A DNA stretch of 38,847 nt, from positions 1-38,847 of the forward strand of contig JAUUYH010000001.1 of assembly GCA_030590505.1 (NCBI GenBank). The letters are read 5' to 3'. Both the position numbers and the translations under genes were made by a program. Below are positions 26,838-36,534 of the stretch, piece after piece. Numbering within the stretch: position 1 is the stretch's first letter; each line of letters starts with the position of its first letter. This stretch comes from Kiritimatiellota bacterium. Its GTDB lineage: Bacteria; Verrucomicrobiota; Lentisphaeria; Victivallales; JAADHT01. Under the pieces are notes generated by a model. The model made no database searches, was not told where the DNA came from, and was given only the letters and a program-made list of their open reading frames with translations.

Positions 26838-26889
26838 CTTATCTCCTTTTTTTTTGTTTTGATGAATAGTTCGTTTATTATAGGTCTTT

Positions 26890-29800
26890 TTAAAATTCAT
26901 TTGTATTTTTATTTAGTTCCCCCTCTATGTGAGTAGTTAAAGCTTCTGCAATATGGACATCGGATGACGCGATCATACGCTCAACTGATTTTCTCCCAAA
27001 TAACCAAAAAGTTGCGGGAGTCGCAAAGAAATCCAGCAATGTACTTGAGAATAATCCGCCGATTATTACAGTCGCAACTGGGTAGAGTATCTCTTTCCCG
27101 GGCTGATTGGGTGACATCGCAATCGGAATAAGAGCAATGCCCGAAGTCAATGCAGTCATAAGAACTGGAATCATCCTCTCCTGCCCTGCTTGGATAATCA
27201 TCTTCTTGCCAAAAGGTATTTTCTCTTTAAGGGCAAGATGCAGATAATGATCCAGTAACAGAATGGCATTACGTGAAGCAATACCTCCAAGTGCAATAAA
27301 CCCCACCAGAGTGGCGATAGACATATCCTGTCCACTGATGATAATATAAGCAACAGCTCCTGTAAATGCCTGAGGAATTTGCAGAAGTACCTGAAGACTC
27401 AAGTTGATTGACTTGAAATGAAGGTATAAAATAAAGATCATCGCTGCCAGTGAAAATATGCTTAGAATAAGAATCTTTCGATTGGCTTTCTTCTGAGCTT
27501 CATACTGACCACCTATCTTAATGTAATAACCAGTCCCTTCTTTAGCAAGTCTTTTTCTGACCGGTGCAAGTGCTATGTTGAGATCATTAACAATTTCAGA
27601 AAGGGATCTGCCTGAAATATTATGCTGCACAGCAATACGCCTTCCAATATTCTCATGTTTTATATTGTTAGTAATCAGATTCATTTTTAGATCAGCTACA
27701 TCTTTTAGCCTTATCAACTCTCCTTTGTCATTTCGCAGATAGATATTTTCAACATCTTTAATATTCTTTCTGTCTTCAGCTCTCAGTCTAACTACTATCG
27801 GATAACTGTAGCGTCCCTTTATCATTCTCGATATTGATTCACTACCTAAAGATAGCCCTACATTTTCGTTCACCTGTTCTACTGTGATACCATGCCTTTT
27901 AAGCATTTCACGGTTTGGATCTACAATTACAGTCGGAACAAGAACTTGCTGTTCGATGGCAAGATCCTTTATCCCTTCAATGTGTCCTGCAAGAGCTTCT
28001 ACCTCTTTTGCGATAGATCGAAGCTTTTCCATACCTGGACCGTAAATTTTTATTGCGACATCCCGTTTTGTTCCTGATAGCATACTGCTGATAAGATGTT
28101 CAAGGGGTTGGCCTACTGCAATTCCTACGCCCGGTAGCTCTTTTTTGAGCTTTGCCTCAATTTCTTCAATTATCTCTTTTTGGGGTCTTTCTGATGACTC
28201 ATCAAAGGTTATTATGCAGTCGGATTGGTTGACTCCATGAGCATGTTCATCTCCTACCGCACGACCAGTTCTGCGTGAGACATGTTTAACTCCTTTTACG
28301 CTAAGAAAAACCTCTTCTGCTTTTCGTCCAAATTTAACAGAGGTATCAAGTCCGGTATCAGGAGGAAGTACAACATTTACCTGAGCGGTGCCTTCATTGA
28401 AAGCAGGAAGGAAATTGCGCCCTGTATTTAGAATAAGGACGACTCCTACAGCAACCATAAATAGCAGCGTAAGAAGTATGGAATAGGCATGATCAAGACT
28501 GAAGCTTATTGTCTTTCCTACTATGATCTTTAATTTTCTGACTATCCATGTATCTTGGCTTCCTGGTTTTCCAAGATGTCCAGGAAGCATATAGTAACAC
28601 AATGCTACACTTACAGTAAGAGATACAACAAGGGAAGCCATTACACTTACAATATATGCTATTCCAATTGGAACAAACAGTTTTCCAGGCATCCCAGAAA
28701 GAAAAAACAGTGGAATATATACGATTACTACAATCAGTGTACCAATAAGGATTGGATTGCGAACTTCGCATGATGCCTCAAACACAACATTTAGGGCTGA
28801 TTGCCTTTGTTTCTCTGGTAATTTCTCATTCTGCCGCAATCGACGAAAACAGTTCTCTACACCCACAATCGCATCATCGACTAATGCTCCGATAGCTACT
28901 GCCAAACCTCCAAGAGTCATTGTATTTATACTTAACCCAGCATTCTTGAATATTATTGCAGTAACTGCAATGGAGAGTGGAATTGCGGTCAAAGTAATAA
29001 AGCTGGTTCTCCAGTTCATAAGAAAAATAAAAAGAACCAAAACAACCATTATCCCGCCATCCCGGATAGCGTCAAAAACATTATCAAGACCGCGTTTAAT
29101 AAATTCTGCCTGACTGAAAAGATGTGCATCTATGATAATATCATCACTCAAATCTTTCTGCATCGCAGCAAGTTGTTTATCTATCTCTTCTGTTAAGCTC
29201 ATTGTGTCAAAGCCCGGCTGTTTCAGAACAACCATTATAACTCCAAGCTTCCCGTCCACGCCAGCTTCTCCTGTTTTTATCTGTGCTGGGCCAAATTTAA
29301 CTTCAGCTACATCAGATATACAGACAGGTCTTAGTGGATCAGGACGAACAACGGCCTGCTCTAACTCCTCTTTGCTTTTTAGCAGCCCTGTAACTGTAAT
29401 AAGCGGAGCTTTCGTTCCTATATTGAGGAAGCCAGCACTCTCATTCATATTACTAGCATGAACGGCTTCTGCCACCTCTTCAACTGTTACAGAAAAGCTT
29501 CGTAACTTTTCGGCATCCATTAAAACCTGAAGCTGTCTAGGCGAACCACCAGCGACAATTACTTTTGATACTCCAGGAATTGAAAGTATCTCATATTTTA
29601 ACTGATAATCCACTAATGACCTAAGGGCCTCAGGGGAAGTCTTTCCAGACTTACTACTGATTCCCACAAGCTGAATCTGCCCCATAACACTTGAGATTGG
29701 AGCCATCTGCGGAATAACATTTTTAGGCAGTATAGCCTTTGCAATCTGAAGCTTTTCCGCAACAATCTGCCTGTTTCTGTAAATGTCTGTATCCCAAGCA

Positions 29801-30090
29801 AATTCTACTTTTACAACAGACATCCCCATCCCAGATGTCGAGCGCACCTTTTCAACTCCTGGGACACCATTTAGAACACGCTCCAATGGCAACGTTACCT
29901 GCTGTTCTATGTCATCAGGAATCATTCCATGAGCTTCTGTCATAATAACAACTGTTGGCCGATTCAAGTCCGGCAGAACATCCATAGGCATTTGCGTAGA
30001 TATGTATGTACCGATTGCAGCGACAATCAATGCGACAGCCACAACAAACATCCGATTTTTCAAAGAAAATCCTATAATATTTTTAAGCAT
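26890..30090 (-). CDS. Heavy-metal efflux RND transporter, CusA/CzcA family
   Basis: 1066 aa with 12-TM RND layout. The TM4 motif LGGLAVAIGALVDDAIVGVEN resembles the CusA-type AIGxxxDxAxxxxEN rather than the CzcA-type DFGxxxDGA. Confidence 0.95.
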   Translation of the reverse strand: MLKNIIGFSLKNRMFVVAVALIVAAIGTYISTQMPMDVLPDLNRPTVVIMTEAHGMIPDDIEQQVTLPLERVLNGVPGVEKVRSTSGMGMSVVKVEFAWDTDIYRNRQIVAEKLQIAKAILPKNVIPQMAPISSVMGQIQLVGISSKSGKTSPEALRSLVDYQLKYEILSIPGVSKVIVAGGSPRQLQVLMDAEKLRSFSVTVEEVAEAVHASNMNESAGFLNIGTKAPLITVTGLLKSKEELEQAVVRPDPLRPVCISDVAEVKFGPAQIKTGEAGVDGKLGVIMVVLKQPGFDTMSLTEEIDKQLAAMQKDLSDDIIIDAHLFSQAEFIKRGLDNVFDAIRDGGIMVVLVLFIFLMNWRTSFITLTAIPLSIAVTAIIFKNAGLSINTMTLGGLAVAIGALVDDAIVGVENCFRRLRQNEKLPEKQRQSALNVVFEASCEVRNPILIGTLIVVIVYIPLFFLSGMPGKLFVPIGIAYIVSVMASLVVSLTVSVALCYYMLPGHLGKPGSQDTWIVRKLKIIVGKTISFSLDHAYSILLTLLFMVAVGVVLILNTGRNFLPAFNEGTAQVNVVLPPDTGLDTSVKFGRKAEEVFLSVKGVKHVSRRTGRAVGDEHAHGVNQSDCIITFDESSERPQKEIIEEIEAKLKKELPGVGIAVGQPLEHLISSMLSGTKRDVAIKIYGPGMEKLRSIAKEVEALAGHIEGIKDLAIEQQVLVPTVIVDPNREMLKRHGITVEQVNENVGLSLGSESISRMIKGRYSYPIVVRLRAEDRKNIKDVENIYLRNDKGELIRLKDVADLKMNLITNNIKHENIGRRIAVQHNISGRSLSEIVNDLNIALAPVRKRLAKEGTGYYIKIGGQYEAQKKANRKILILSIFSLAAMIFILYLHFKSINLSLQVLLQIPQAFTGAVAYIIISGQDMSIATLVGFIALGGIASRNAILLLDHYLHLALKEKIPFGKKMIIQAGQERMIPVLMTALTSGIALIPIAMSPNQPGKEILYPVATVIIGGLFSSTLLDFFATPATFWLFGRKSVERMIASSDVHIAEALTTHIEGELNKNTNEF

Positions 30091-30189
30091 AATTAAATCC
30101 TTATTTAATAAGTTAATAGTACTTGTCGTATTTGAAGCTTAAGGTATCTATTTGATACATAAAAACAAAAAATAACCGACAGAGAATAC

Positions 30190-31590
30190 TTAATGCCCAT
30201 GGTCACAATTTGCATGTGCATCGATTTTTTGCGGGCCATCAGCCAGAAGAGCCATATTCAGGGCAAAAGCACCACGTGTCACCATCGGTTCCTCAGGGAA
30301 GACTTCAGATCCTTCTCCGAGAACTACGACCTCCTCATCCTGAAAAAGCACGACAACCTTACGTTTAATAAAGTCTTTGCCTTCCTTAACAAAAATAACT
30401 TTATCCACACCGTTATCGATAACAGCTTCAGAAGGGAGAACAATCACATCTTTAAGCTTTTTTACTGGGATCTGTAGAATAAATTTCATCCCATTTCGCA
30501 ACATCCAGTTCCGATATTTTGATCCATTCTGTTCCGAGCGGCTCGAAATTTTATTTGTAACTGGCAGATAAACATGGGTTCCATCATTATCGCGCCCCAA
30601 TATCTTTGTGATTTTAAGACCCTCTAATACTTCAGCTGCTCCAGGAACAAGAGGATTCGCTTTAATAGAGGCATTGTTGCTTGCCGTGCTGTTTATTATA
30701 CTTATTTCACTTCCAACAGGTTTTGCAATTAAATACATCTTTGAATGATTAGTCAAAGTAACCAAGGTTGCACCTGCTTCCACTCTTTCTCCATGTTTAA
30801 CATGTATATTTTCGACATCCCATTCAGTCGAACTTGCTGGAGCTTTAATATTAATAATAGCCTCAAATGCACCCATTTCATATAAGTCTTGGAGATTTTC
30901 CAAGCTATATCCCTCTTGAAGTAATCCTCCAATTTCAATAATATATTTACCAGCTGCTTTATTGTTCTGAAACCAGGCTAGTACCTCTTTTTTTAATAGC
31001 CCTTCTGCAGCCAATTCACCTATGGTGGCGACTGCCCACTGATTGCTCTTTGCACTTTCTGGAAGTGAGGCAAATAACTCTTTCGTGTCATTGTTCCATA
31101 TCCCGTTTTGCTTAAGTGCCTGCTTCCACAGATCTTTTACTAGAAGCGATTCCTCATTCTTTTCATCTTCGTCATCACCGTCAATATATCTATTTGTATA
31201 AAGATTCTGTGCTGCCGTGGTAAGAATGTCCTCTGTAAGTGTCAGCGTTACTTTTGAGATCGGGTCTCTTATAATTTGAATAATGCAATCACCTTTGGAG
31301 ACATAGCATCCAAGTTTGACTTTTATATCCTTGACTCTACCTGCAAAAGGGGAAAAAAGAGGCAGTTCATTAAATGATGTTTCTGTAACTACAGCAGGGA
31401 CTGGCTCATACACAGTAAAATCAGAACTGTCAACTTCTTCAACTACTATTCCCATATTGACTATTGCTTGTTCGGAAATAACAGACTCTTTTTCATCATT
31501 GGTGTTGTGAATTATTTCTTCTTTAGTTTTTTTCCCGCATCCATACGAAAAAACCGTTAATGCAAAAATAAAGATTATTATTTTATTCAT
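30190..31590 (-). CDS. Efflux RND periplasmic adaptor (membrane fusion protein) lipoprotein with His/Cys tail
   Basis: ATG at 31590 with AGGAG upstream. Lipobox FSYGC. Split lipoyl-like halves FAGRVKDIKVKLGCYVSKGDCIIQI and IKAP...VKHGERVEAGATLVTL. C-terminal beta-barrel region VIVLPSEAVI...VFVKEG. Tail HANCDHGH. Confidence 0.8.
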   Translation of the reverse strand: MNKIIIFIFALTVFSYGCGKKTKEEIIHNTNDEKESVISEQAIVNMGIVVEEVDSSDFTVYEPVPAVVTETSFNELPLFSPFAGRVKDIKVKLGCYVSKGDCIIQIIRDPISKVTLTLTEDILTTAAQNLYTNRYIDGDDEDEKNEESLLVKDLWKQALKQNGIWNNDTKELFASLPESAKSNQWAVATIGELAAEGLLKKEVLAWFQNNKAAGKYIIEIGGLLQEGYSLENLQDLYEMGAFEAIINIKAPASSTEWDVENIHVKHGERVEAGATLVTLTNHSKMYLIAKPVGSEISIINSTASNNASIKANPLVPGAAEVLEGLKITKILGRDNDGTHVYLPVTNKISSRSEQNGSKYRNWMLRNGMKFILQIPVKKLKDVIVLPSEAVIDNGVDKVIFVKEGKDFIKRKVVVLFQDEEVVVLGEGSEVFPEEPMVTRGAFALNMALLADGPQKIDAHANCDHGH

Positions 31591-31612
31591 TTTATAACTC
31601 CTATTGTATTGG

Positions 31613-33010
31613 TTATTCATTTTTTCCCTCCTTCAGGTCATGTTTTAGATTCTCTTCTTCATCTGGGAACATATAGATGGGATAGCCTGTGATATTCTCA
31701 ATATCAAGGAGTGCATCCCAAAGAGATTTTTTCAGATCAATCTGCTTGATAAGCAGATCTCGATACTCTTTTTGAAGTTCAAGAAAAAGAAGTATATCAA
31801 GGCTCCCAATCCTGAGTGCACGTTCCGCGGATCGGATATTTTTCTGTGAAAGTGGAATCAGATGTGATTCGATCTCTTTATACTGTTTTAAATACAACCT
31901 ATAACGTTTTATGCCACTCTCAAGACGATTCAGAGCTTTGTTCATTTCACTCTTATATGCTAATCTTGTATTATCCTGACGACTTTGGGCCTCAATGATT
32001 CCCTGCTGATTCCTATCAAATATAGGCAGTTCAATGCCCAATCCAGTACCTAGTACTTTTTTATCTTCTCCAACTTCTTGTTCATAACCAGCACCTATAT
32101 CCAGATCAGGGATTCTACGGGCCACCTCAAGGCGTAACGCAGCATAATCAACTTTGTACTGCAATTCAAGACGACTAAGAGATGTGTTATGTTTAAGCAT
32201 CAACTCTTTCAGTTCTTGTAGTTCAGGAAGAGAATCGGAGAGTTCTGGCAACGAAATAACACTTTTATTCTCAAAAAGATCTGAGCTCACGCCCATTAAT
32301 TCTGAGAGTGCAGCGGTCTCCTCCACCAGTGTTATTTCTCTATCTATTCTATCCAGAACCACGCGATTGTATTCTATATTAATACTATTCAGGCCCAGGG
32401 AATTGATGGTTCCCAGCTTTAAAAGCTTTGAACCTACCCGTTGAGTATTCTGAAGGGTCGCAACTATTTTTTCCTGCTCTGTAAGTCTTTCCCGCGAGAC
32501 TATATAGTTGATATAGTTTCGTCTAAGATTGAGATATAGTTCACGATGTGTGGCAAGCAGATTATTGAATGACCTCTCTTTCAGGACTTCATTCAAATTA
32601 TTTAGCCGGCTTATTCTTGGCCCGAGTGGAATTGTAAAGCCAAGTCCAACGAAAGGTTGGACATCTTTTCCATTTCCACCATCATCCAGGTCAAAGCCAA
32701 TATTTACTCCAGCTTCAACTTTTGGATTCGGAAGAGGAGCCCAGGTGTCAGCAACTTCTGAAGCTCCTTTATATGCTCTCCTTAAAAGAGCTAATTCAGG
32801 GTTTTTATCACTCATCACCAATGCTGCATCCTGAAGGGTGAAAGAGTCTGTATCCGCCGATTCAACGGAAAGATTGTTTCTACTGATGCTTACTTCTTTT
32901 ATAATCTCGTCCGGGTCTATGCGAACGGGATTATAGGAATAACAACCTTGAAGAAGCAATCCGATGACAGTAAAAATTAATATTTTATTTTTAATTAAAT
33001 TTAGATTCAT
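31613..33010 (-). CDS. Outer-membrane efflux protein (TolC/NodT-family lipoprotein)
   Basis: 465 aa. Lipobox LLQGC. Two-repeat coiled-coil-rich OEP-like sequence. It is the first large gene of the efflux operon. Confidence 0.85.
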   Translation of the reverse strand: MNLNLIKNKILIFTVIGLLLQGCYSYNPVRIDPDEIIKEVSISRNNLSVESADTDSFTLQDAALVMSDKNPELALLRRAYKGASEVADTWAPLPNPKVEAGVNIGFDLDDGGNGKDVQPFVGLGFTIPLGPRISRLNNLNEVLKERSFNNLLATHRELYLNLRRNYINYIVSRERLTEQEKIVATLQNTQRVGSKLLKLGTINSLGLNSINIEYNRVVLDRIDREITLVEETAALSELMGVSSDLFENKSVISLPELSDSLPELQELKELMLKHNTSLSRLELQYKVDYAALRLEVARRIPDLDIGAGYEQEVGEDKKVLGTGLGIELPIFDRNQQGIIEAQSRQDNTRLAYKSEMNKALNRLESGIKRYRLYLKQYKEIESHLIPLSQKNIRSAERALRIGSLDILLFLELQKEYRDLLIKQIDLKKSLWDALLDIENITGYPIYMFPDEEENLKHDLKEGKNE

Positions 33011-33102
33011 AATTAATCCACTTAAAATGATTTTTCATAACGACACAATAGAGTCAACAACAAAAAAGGGTGTGACTACACAAGCTTGAAAAAATCAGTG
33101 GA

Positions 33103-33591
33103 TCAAATCAGTTGGATAACTGTCTTTAAATGGGTGAGAATGTTTTGATATATGAGAGGAGGGGCACGTCCGTGCTTTTTTATCCCACTTTTACATACAT
33201 AATCTAATTTTGTAAAGTAATCCAAGTCAACTTGGCATAAGTTGAAATGGGGAATTTTTATCATCTGGGAGATATAAGTATTGTCAAGCTTTAAGGAAAC
33301 ATGGGAACAGACACAATGTTCCACGTTGCATAACTTATTTGTACTCTTTGTCTCTTTATTACTATCCTTCGTGTCAGTCGCATCATGGTGACAATTACAA
33401 GAAGTGTGGCTGGCTTGGACAGATGAGTCTTTGCAAGTTGAAGCAAAAGACAATTGCAATGTCTTACCTTCTGGCTTAACACAAACAACCAATAAACCTG
33501 ATGACGTTAACGCAATCAAGAGCGCCACGAATATCGTCATCATATTTTGTATAATTTTATTTTTCATATATATTAAATCTTTTTGTATCAA
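33103..33591 (-). CDS. Hypothetical membrane-anchored Cys/His-rich protein upstream of the efflux genes
   Basis: TM helix MMTIFVALLIALTSSGLLVVCV, then SCNCHHDATD and CNVEHCVCSH. The start is ambiguous (33591, 33567 or 33543) and there is no clear SD. Confidence 0.5.
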   Translation of the reverse strand: MIQKDLIYMKNKIIQNMMTIFVALLIALTSSGLLVVCVKPEGKTLQLSFASTCKDSSVQASHTSCNCHHDATDTKDSNKETKSTNKLCNVEHCVCSHVSLKLDNTYISQMIKIPHFNLCQVDLDYFTKLDYVCKSGIKKHGRAPPLIYQNILTHLKTVIQLI

Positions 33592-33803
33592 TAAAAAATT
33601 TACCTGCTATGCTTTAAATTACAAGTGCAATCTGTTTATTTATTCACTTTTTTAGTTTAAAGACTAGGTGATAATTTAATTAAACCGTAAAACAAAACAG
33701 TGAAATATCTTGTAAGCAGTATCAATTCCCTTTTAACGTAGTATAGTGGAGATGAAATAGATAATGTAAAATTAAAAGGTGCATCACCTAAAGAGATAAA
33801 ATT

Positions 33804-35399
33804 ATGAAAGAAAAGAAACAGTTTAGCGAGCTCGGACTTTCAGGCAAGGTTCTGGAAGCTATCACAAAAAAAGGCTTTGAAGAGCCTACACCAATTCAGG
33901 CATTAACTATTCCTGTAATGCTTCGGGATGATACAAATATCATTGCTCAAGCTCAAACTGGAACTGGTAAAACAGCAGCATTTGGACTGCCTCTCCTTGA
34001 GATGATAAATCCTGATTCCAAAGCAGTACAGGCGCTGATACTAGCTCCAACCAGAGAACTTGCTATTCAGGTTTCAGAAGAGATCTCTTCTCTGAAAGGC
34101 AATATGAATATCAAAACAATACCTATATATGGTGGACAGTCAATTGATCAGCAGTTGCGCAGACTAAAAAAGGGTGTACATATCGTAGTAGGAACTCCTG
34201 GTAGAATTATTGACCATCTTAAGAGAAAAACCCTTAAACTTGGCGGAATTGAACACCTTATCCTTGACGAAGCTGATGAGATGCTTAATATGGGCTTTAT
34301 CGATGATATGGAAGAGATAATGAAGCACACCAATCCGAAGAAGCGTACACTTCTTTTCTCTGCAACAATGCCTGCTAGAATAAAAAACCTTGCCGAAAAG
34401 TATATGGATGGCTATGAACTTTTGACTGTGGCCAAAGAGAGACTTACAACAAATCTCACTGAACAAATTTACTATGAAGTAAGGGCATCTGAAAAATTTG
34501 AAGCTCTATGTCGCATAATTGATATCGAAAATGACTTCTACGGCTTAATCTTCTGTAGAACTAAAAATGATGTGGACACTGTTTCAAGTCGTCTCTCCGA
34601 GAGAGGATACGATGCAGAAGCTATACATGGTGATATATCACAGGCACAACGTGAAAAAACACTTGATAAATTCAAGAAACAGAAAGCAAATATCCTAGTA
34701 GCTACCGACGTAGCCGCACGTGGGATTGATGTAAATAACCTGACACATGTTATTAACTTTGCGTTGCCCCAGGATCCAGAGGCCTATGTACACCGTATCG
34801 GCCGTACAGGTAGAGCCGGAAATCAAGGAACTGCGATTACATTTATTACTCCTAGTGAATATAAAAAATTGATGTTTATCCAACGATTTGCCAGAACTGA
34901 TATCAAAAAATCCCACATTCCTAAAGTTGGAGACATTATTCAGGCGAAAAAGAAAAAAATCTCCGATGAACTCAATGTTATTCTTGACGGAAACATCGAC
35001 TCCACGTACTCTAAATGGGCACAACACATGCTCGATGGAAATGATCCCACAGAGATTCTTTCTGCCGTGCTGAACTACTGCTTTGAGGACGATATCAACC
35101 CAGAAGCCTATGGCAATATCTGCGATGCTCGCAGCTCTGGAGGTAAAGGAAACCGCATCGATCAAGAAGGAAAAGCACGACTATTCGTCGCTCTCGGTAA
35201 AAAAGATGGTTTCACTCCTAAAAAACTAGTTCGTCTCATAACGGACAAAGTTTCAATTCAAAACAAACAGATTCGTGACATTCAGGTAATGGATAGATTC
35301 TCATTTATGACTGTACCATTTGAAAAGGCAGAAAAAATTGTGAGAAACTTTAAGGAAAACGGGAAAAAGCCGTTAATCACGCATGCAAAGAAAAAATAG
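33804..35399 (+). CDS. DEAD-box ATP-dependent RNA helicase with DbpA-like C-terminal RNA-binding domain
   Basis: Q motif GFEEPTPIQ, AQTGTGKT, DEAD, SAT and HRIGRTGRAG. C-terminal ARLFVALGKKDGFTPKKLVRLI... Confidence 0.95.
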   Translation: MKEKKQFSELGLSGKVLEAITKKGFEEPTPIQALTIPVMLRDDTNIIAQAQTGTGKTAAFGLPLLEMINPDSKAVQALILAPTRELAIQVSEEISSLKGNMNIKTIPIYGGQSIDQQLRRLKKGVHIVVGTPGRIIDHLKRKTLKLGGIEHLILDEADEMLNMGFIDDMEEIMKHTNPKKRTLLFSATMPARIKNLAEKYMDGYELLTVAKERLTTNLTEQIYYEVRASEKFEALCRIIDIENDFYGLIFCRTKNDVDTVSSRLSERGYDAEAIHGDISQAQREKTLDKFKKQKANILVATDVAARGIDVNNLTHVINFALPQDPEAYVHRIGRTGRAGNQGTAITFITPSEYKKLMFIQRFARTDIKKSHIPKVGDIIQAKKKKISDELNVILDGNIDSTYSKWAQHMLDGNDPTEILSAVLNYCFEDDINPEAYGNICDARSSGGKGNRIDQEGKARLFVALGKKDGFTPKKLVRLITDKVSIQNKQIRDIQVMDRFSFMTVPFEKAEKIVRNFKENGKKPLITHAKKK

Positions 35400-35465
35400 T
35401 GTTTTTTATTTTAACACACTTGTATTTCTTCTGAAATGAATTACTTTTCTGCCTCCTAATTCATT

Positions 35466-35542
35466 AGGGCGATTAGCTCAGTTGGCTAGAGCGCCACGTT
35501 TACACCGTGGATGTCACAGGTTCGAGTCCTGTATCGCCCACC
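35466..35542 (+). tRNA. tRNA-Val (anticodon TAC), CCA encoded
   Basis: Hand-folded cloverleaf: acceptor GGGCGAT/ATCGCCC, D arm GCTC-AGTTGGCTA-GAGC, anticodon arm CCACG-TTTACAC-CGTGG, T arm ACAGG-TTCGAGT-CCTGT, then A-CCA. Confidence 0.95.
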
Positions 35543-35562
35543 ATTTTTCCCAAGAAAGTCAC

Positions 35563-35621
35563 AGTCCGCCGCAGGCGGATATAGTTCGAGCTTGCCCGCC
35601 TCAGGCGGGTCTTGTATCGCC
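35563..35621 (+). repeat. tRNA-Val 3'-half-like fragment carrying two GC-rich 15-nt palindromes
   Basis: GGATAT-AGTTCGAG-[CTTGCCCGCCTCAGGCGGG]-TCTTGTATCGCCA versus the tRNA sequence GGATGTCACAGGTTCGAGTCCTGTATCGCCCA. Palindromes TCCGCCGCAGGCGGA (35564-35578) and CCCGCCTCAGGCGGG (35594-35608). Confidence 0.5.
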
Positions 35622-35680
35622 ATTTACTTTAATTATTTCATTTTTACTCATATTATGTTGCTTCTGCTCCCTCATGTAGC

Positions 35681-35703
35681 ACAACCGTCTCGGTTGTATT
35701 TTT
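35681..35703 (+). terminator. Putative rho-independent terminator after the helicase/tRNA-Val unit
   Basis: ACAACCG-TCT-CGGTTGT followed by ATTTTTG. Confidence 0.5.
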
Positions 35704-36019
35704 GCCTCCTTAGCGTCTTAGTACCTTTGCCTTAACTCTTATTTGTCTGACTATCAAAAAGATAAAAAATCGAACAAAGAAAATTCTACGAATGGCGTAC
35801 TGCCATCGCAGATTTAGGTTGTACGAGAGAAAAGTCAAAAGATTTCGGTAGATTTATTGCGTAATTCGCAAATAAAGATATATTAAAACGAAGAGAAAGA
35901 AAAAACAATTAACCATACGCATTAGCCATTGAAAAGAAAATGTATAAAGCGTATATCAAGATGTCCATGTAACGTAGCTAACGCTCCGCACATGAGCTCG
36001 GTGTTATCAAGGAGAAAAA

Positions 36020-36247
36020 ATGAATTATGTATCAATTGCTATAGGAGTTACTGCACTCTTATTCGGTGTTTACACTTTATATGCAAGAATAAAAACGCCT
36101 ATTGTATTAAAAAAATTAGATGCGATGAAAAAGGCTTTTGGCGATAGAGCCGGAATTATTCTTCATACCATATCCTATATAATCGTTCCATTAGCAGTTG
36201 GAATTATTTTTATTATTACTGGAGTTAATGGAAAATCAATAATATAA
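36020..36247 (+). CDS. Small hypothetical membrane protein (two predicted TM helices)
   Basis: AAGGAG 5 nt before the ATG. Two hydrophobic stretches: YVSIAIGVTALLFGVYTLY and IIVPLAVGIIFIITGV. Followed by a 10-bp-stem hairpin at 36272-36303. Confidence 0.55.
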   Translation: MNYVSIAIGVTALLFGVYTLYARIKTPIVLKKLDAMKKAFGDRAGIILHTISYIIVPLAVGIIFIITGVNGKSII

Positions 36248-36534
36248 ATTTGATCACAAATTGAATCATATTACTCTACATCCGCTATTGTGCATGTAGA
36301 GTATATGCTCATAGGCGTTAAGTCATTAACAATTATGAATCAAGAAAAAGTAATTAATATAAAAAAGCTACGGGTCATGTGCTCAGAATCTAGGTTTATG
36401 GGATTAATGTGAAATTTTAGGAAAATCAATTTTACGATTTTCTTTAAAAAAAGTTCTTTTCATTTGAAAATAATATTGTTAGGTTGTATATTTTTAGTTT
36501 GCTACCTAATTCTATTAAATAAAAGGATCTACTT

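Noticed and set aside
35482-35735. Two plus-strand ORFs (65 and 74 aa) overlapping tRNA-Val and the hairpin region
   Set aside because: They start inside the tRNA gene and run through palindromic non-coding sequence. There is no coding support.
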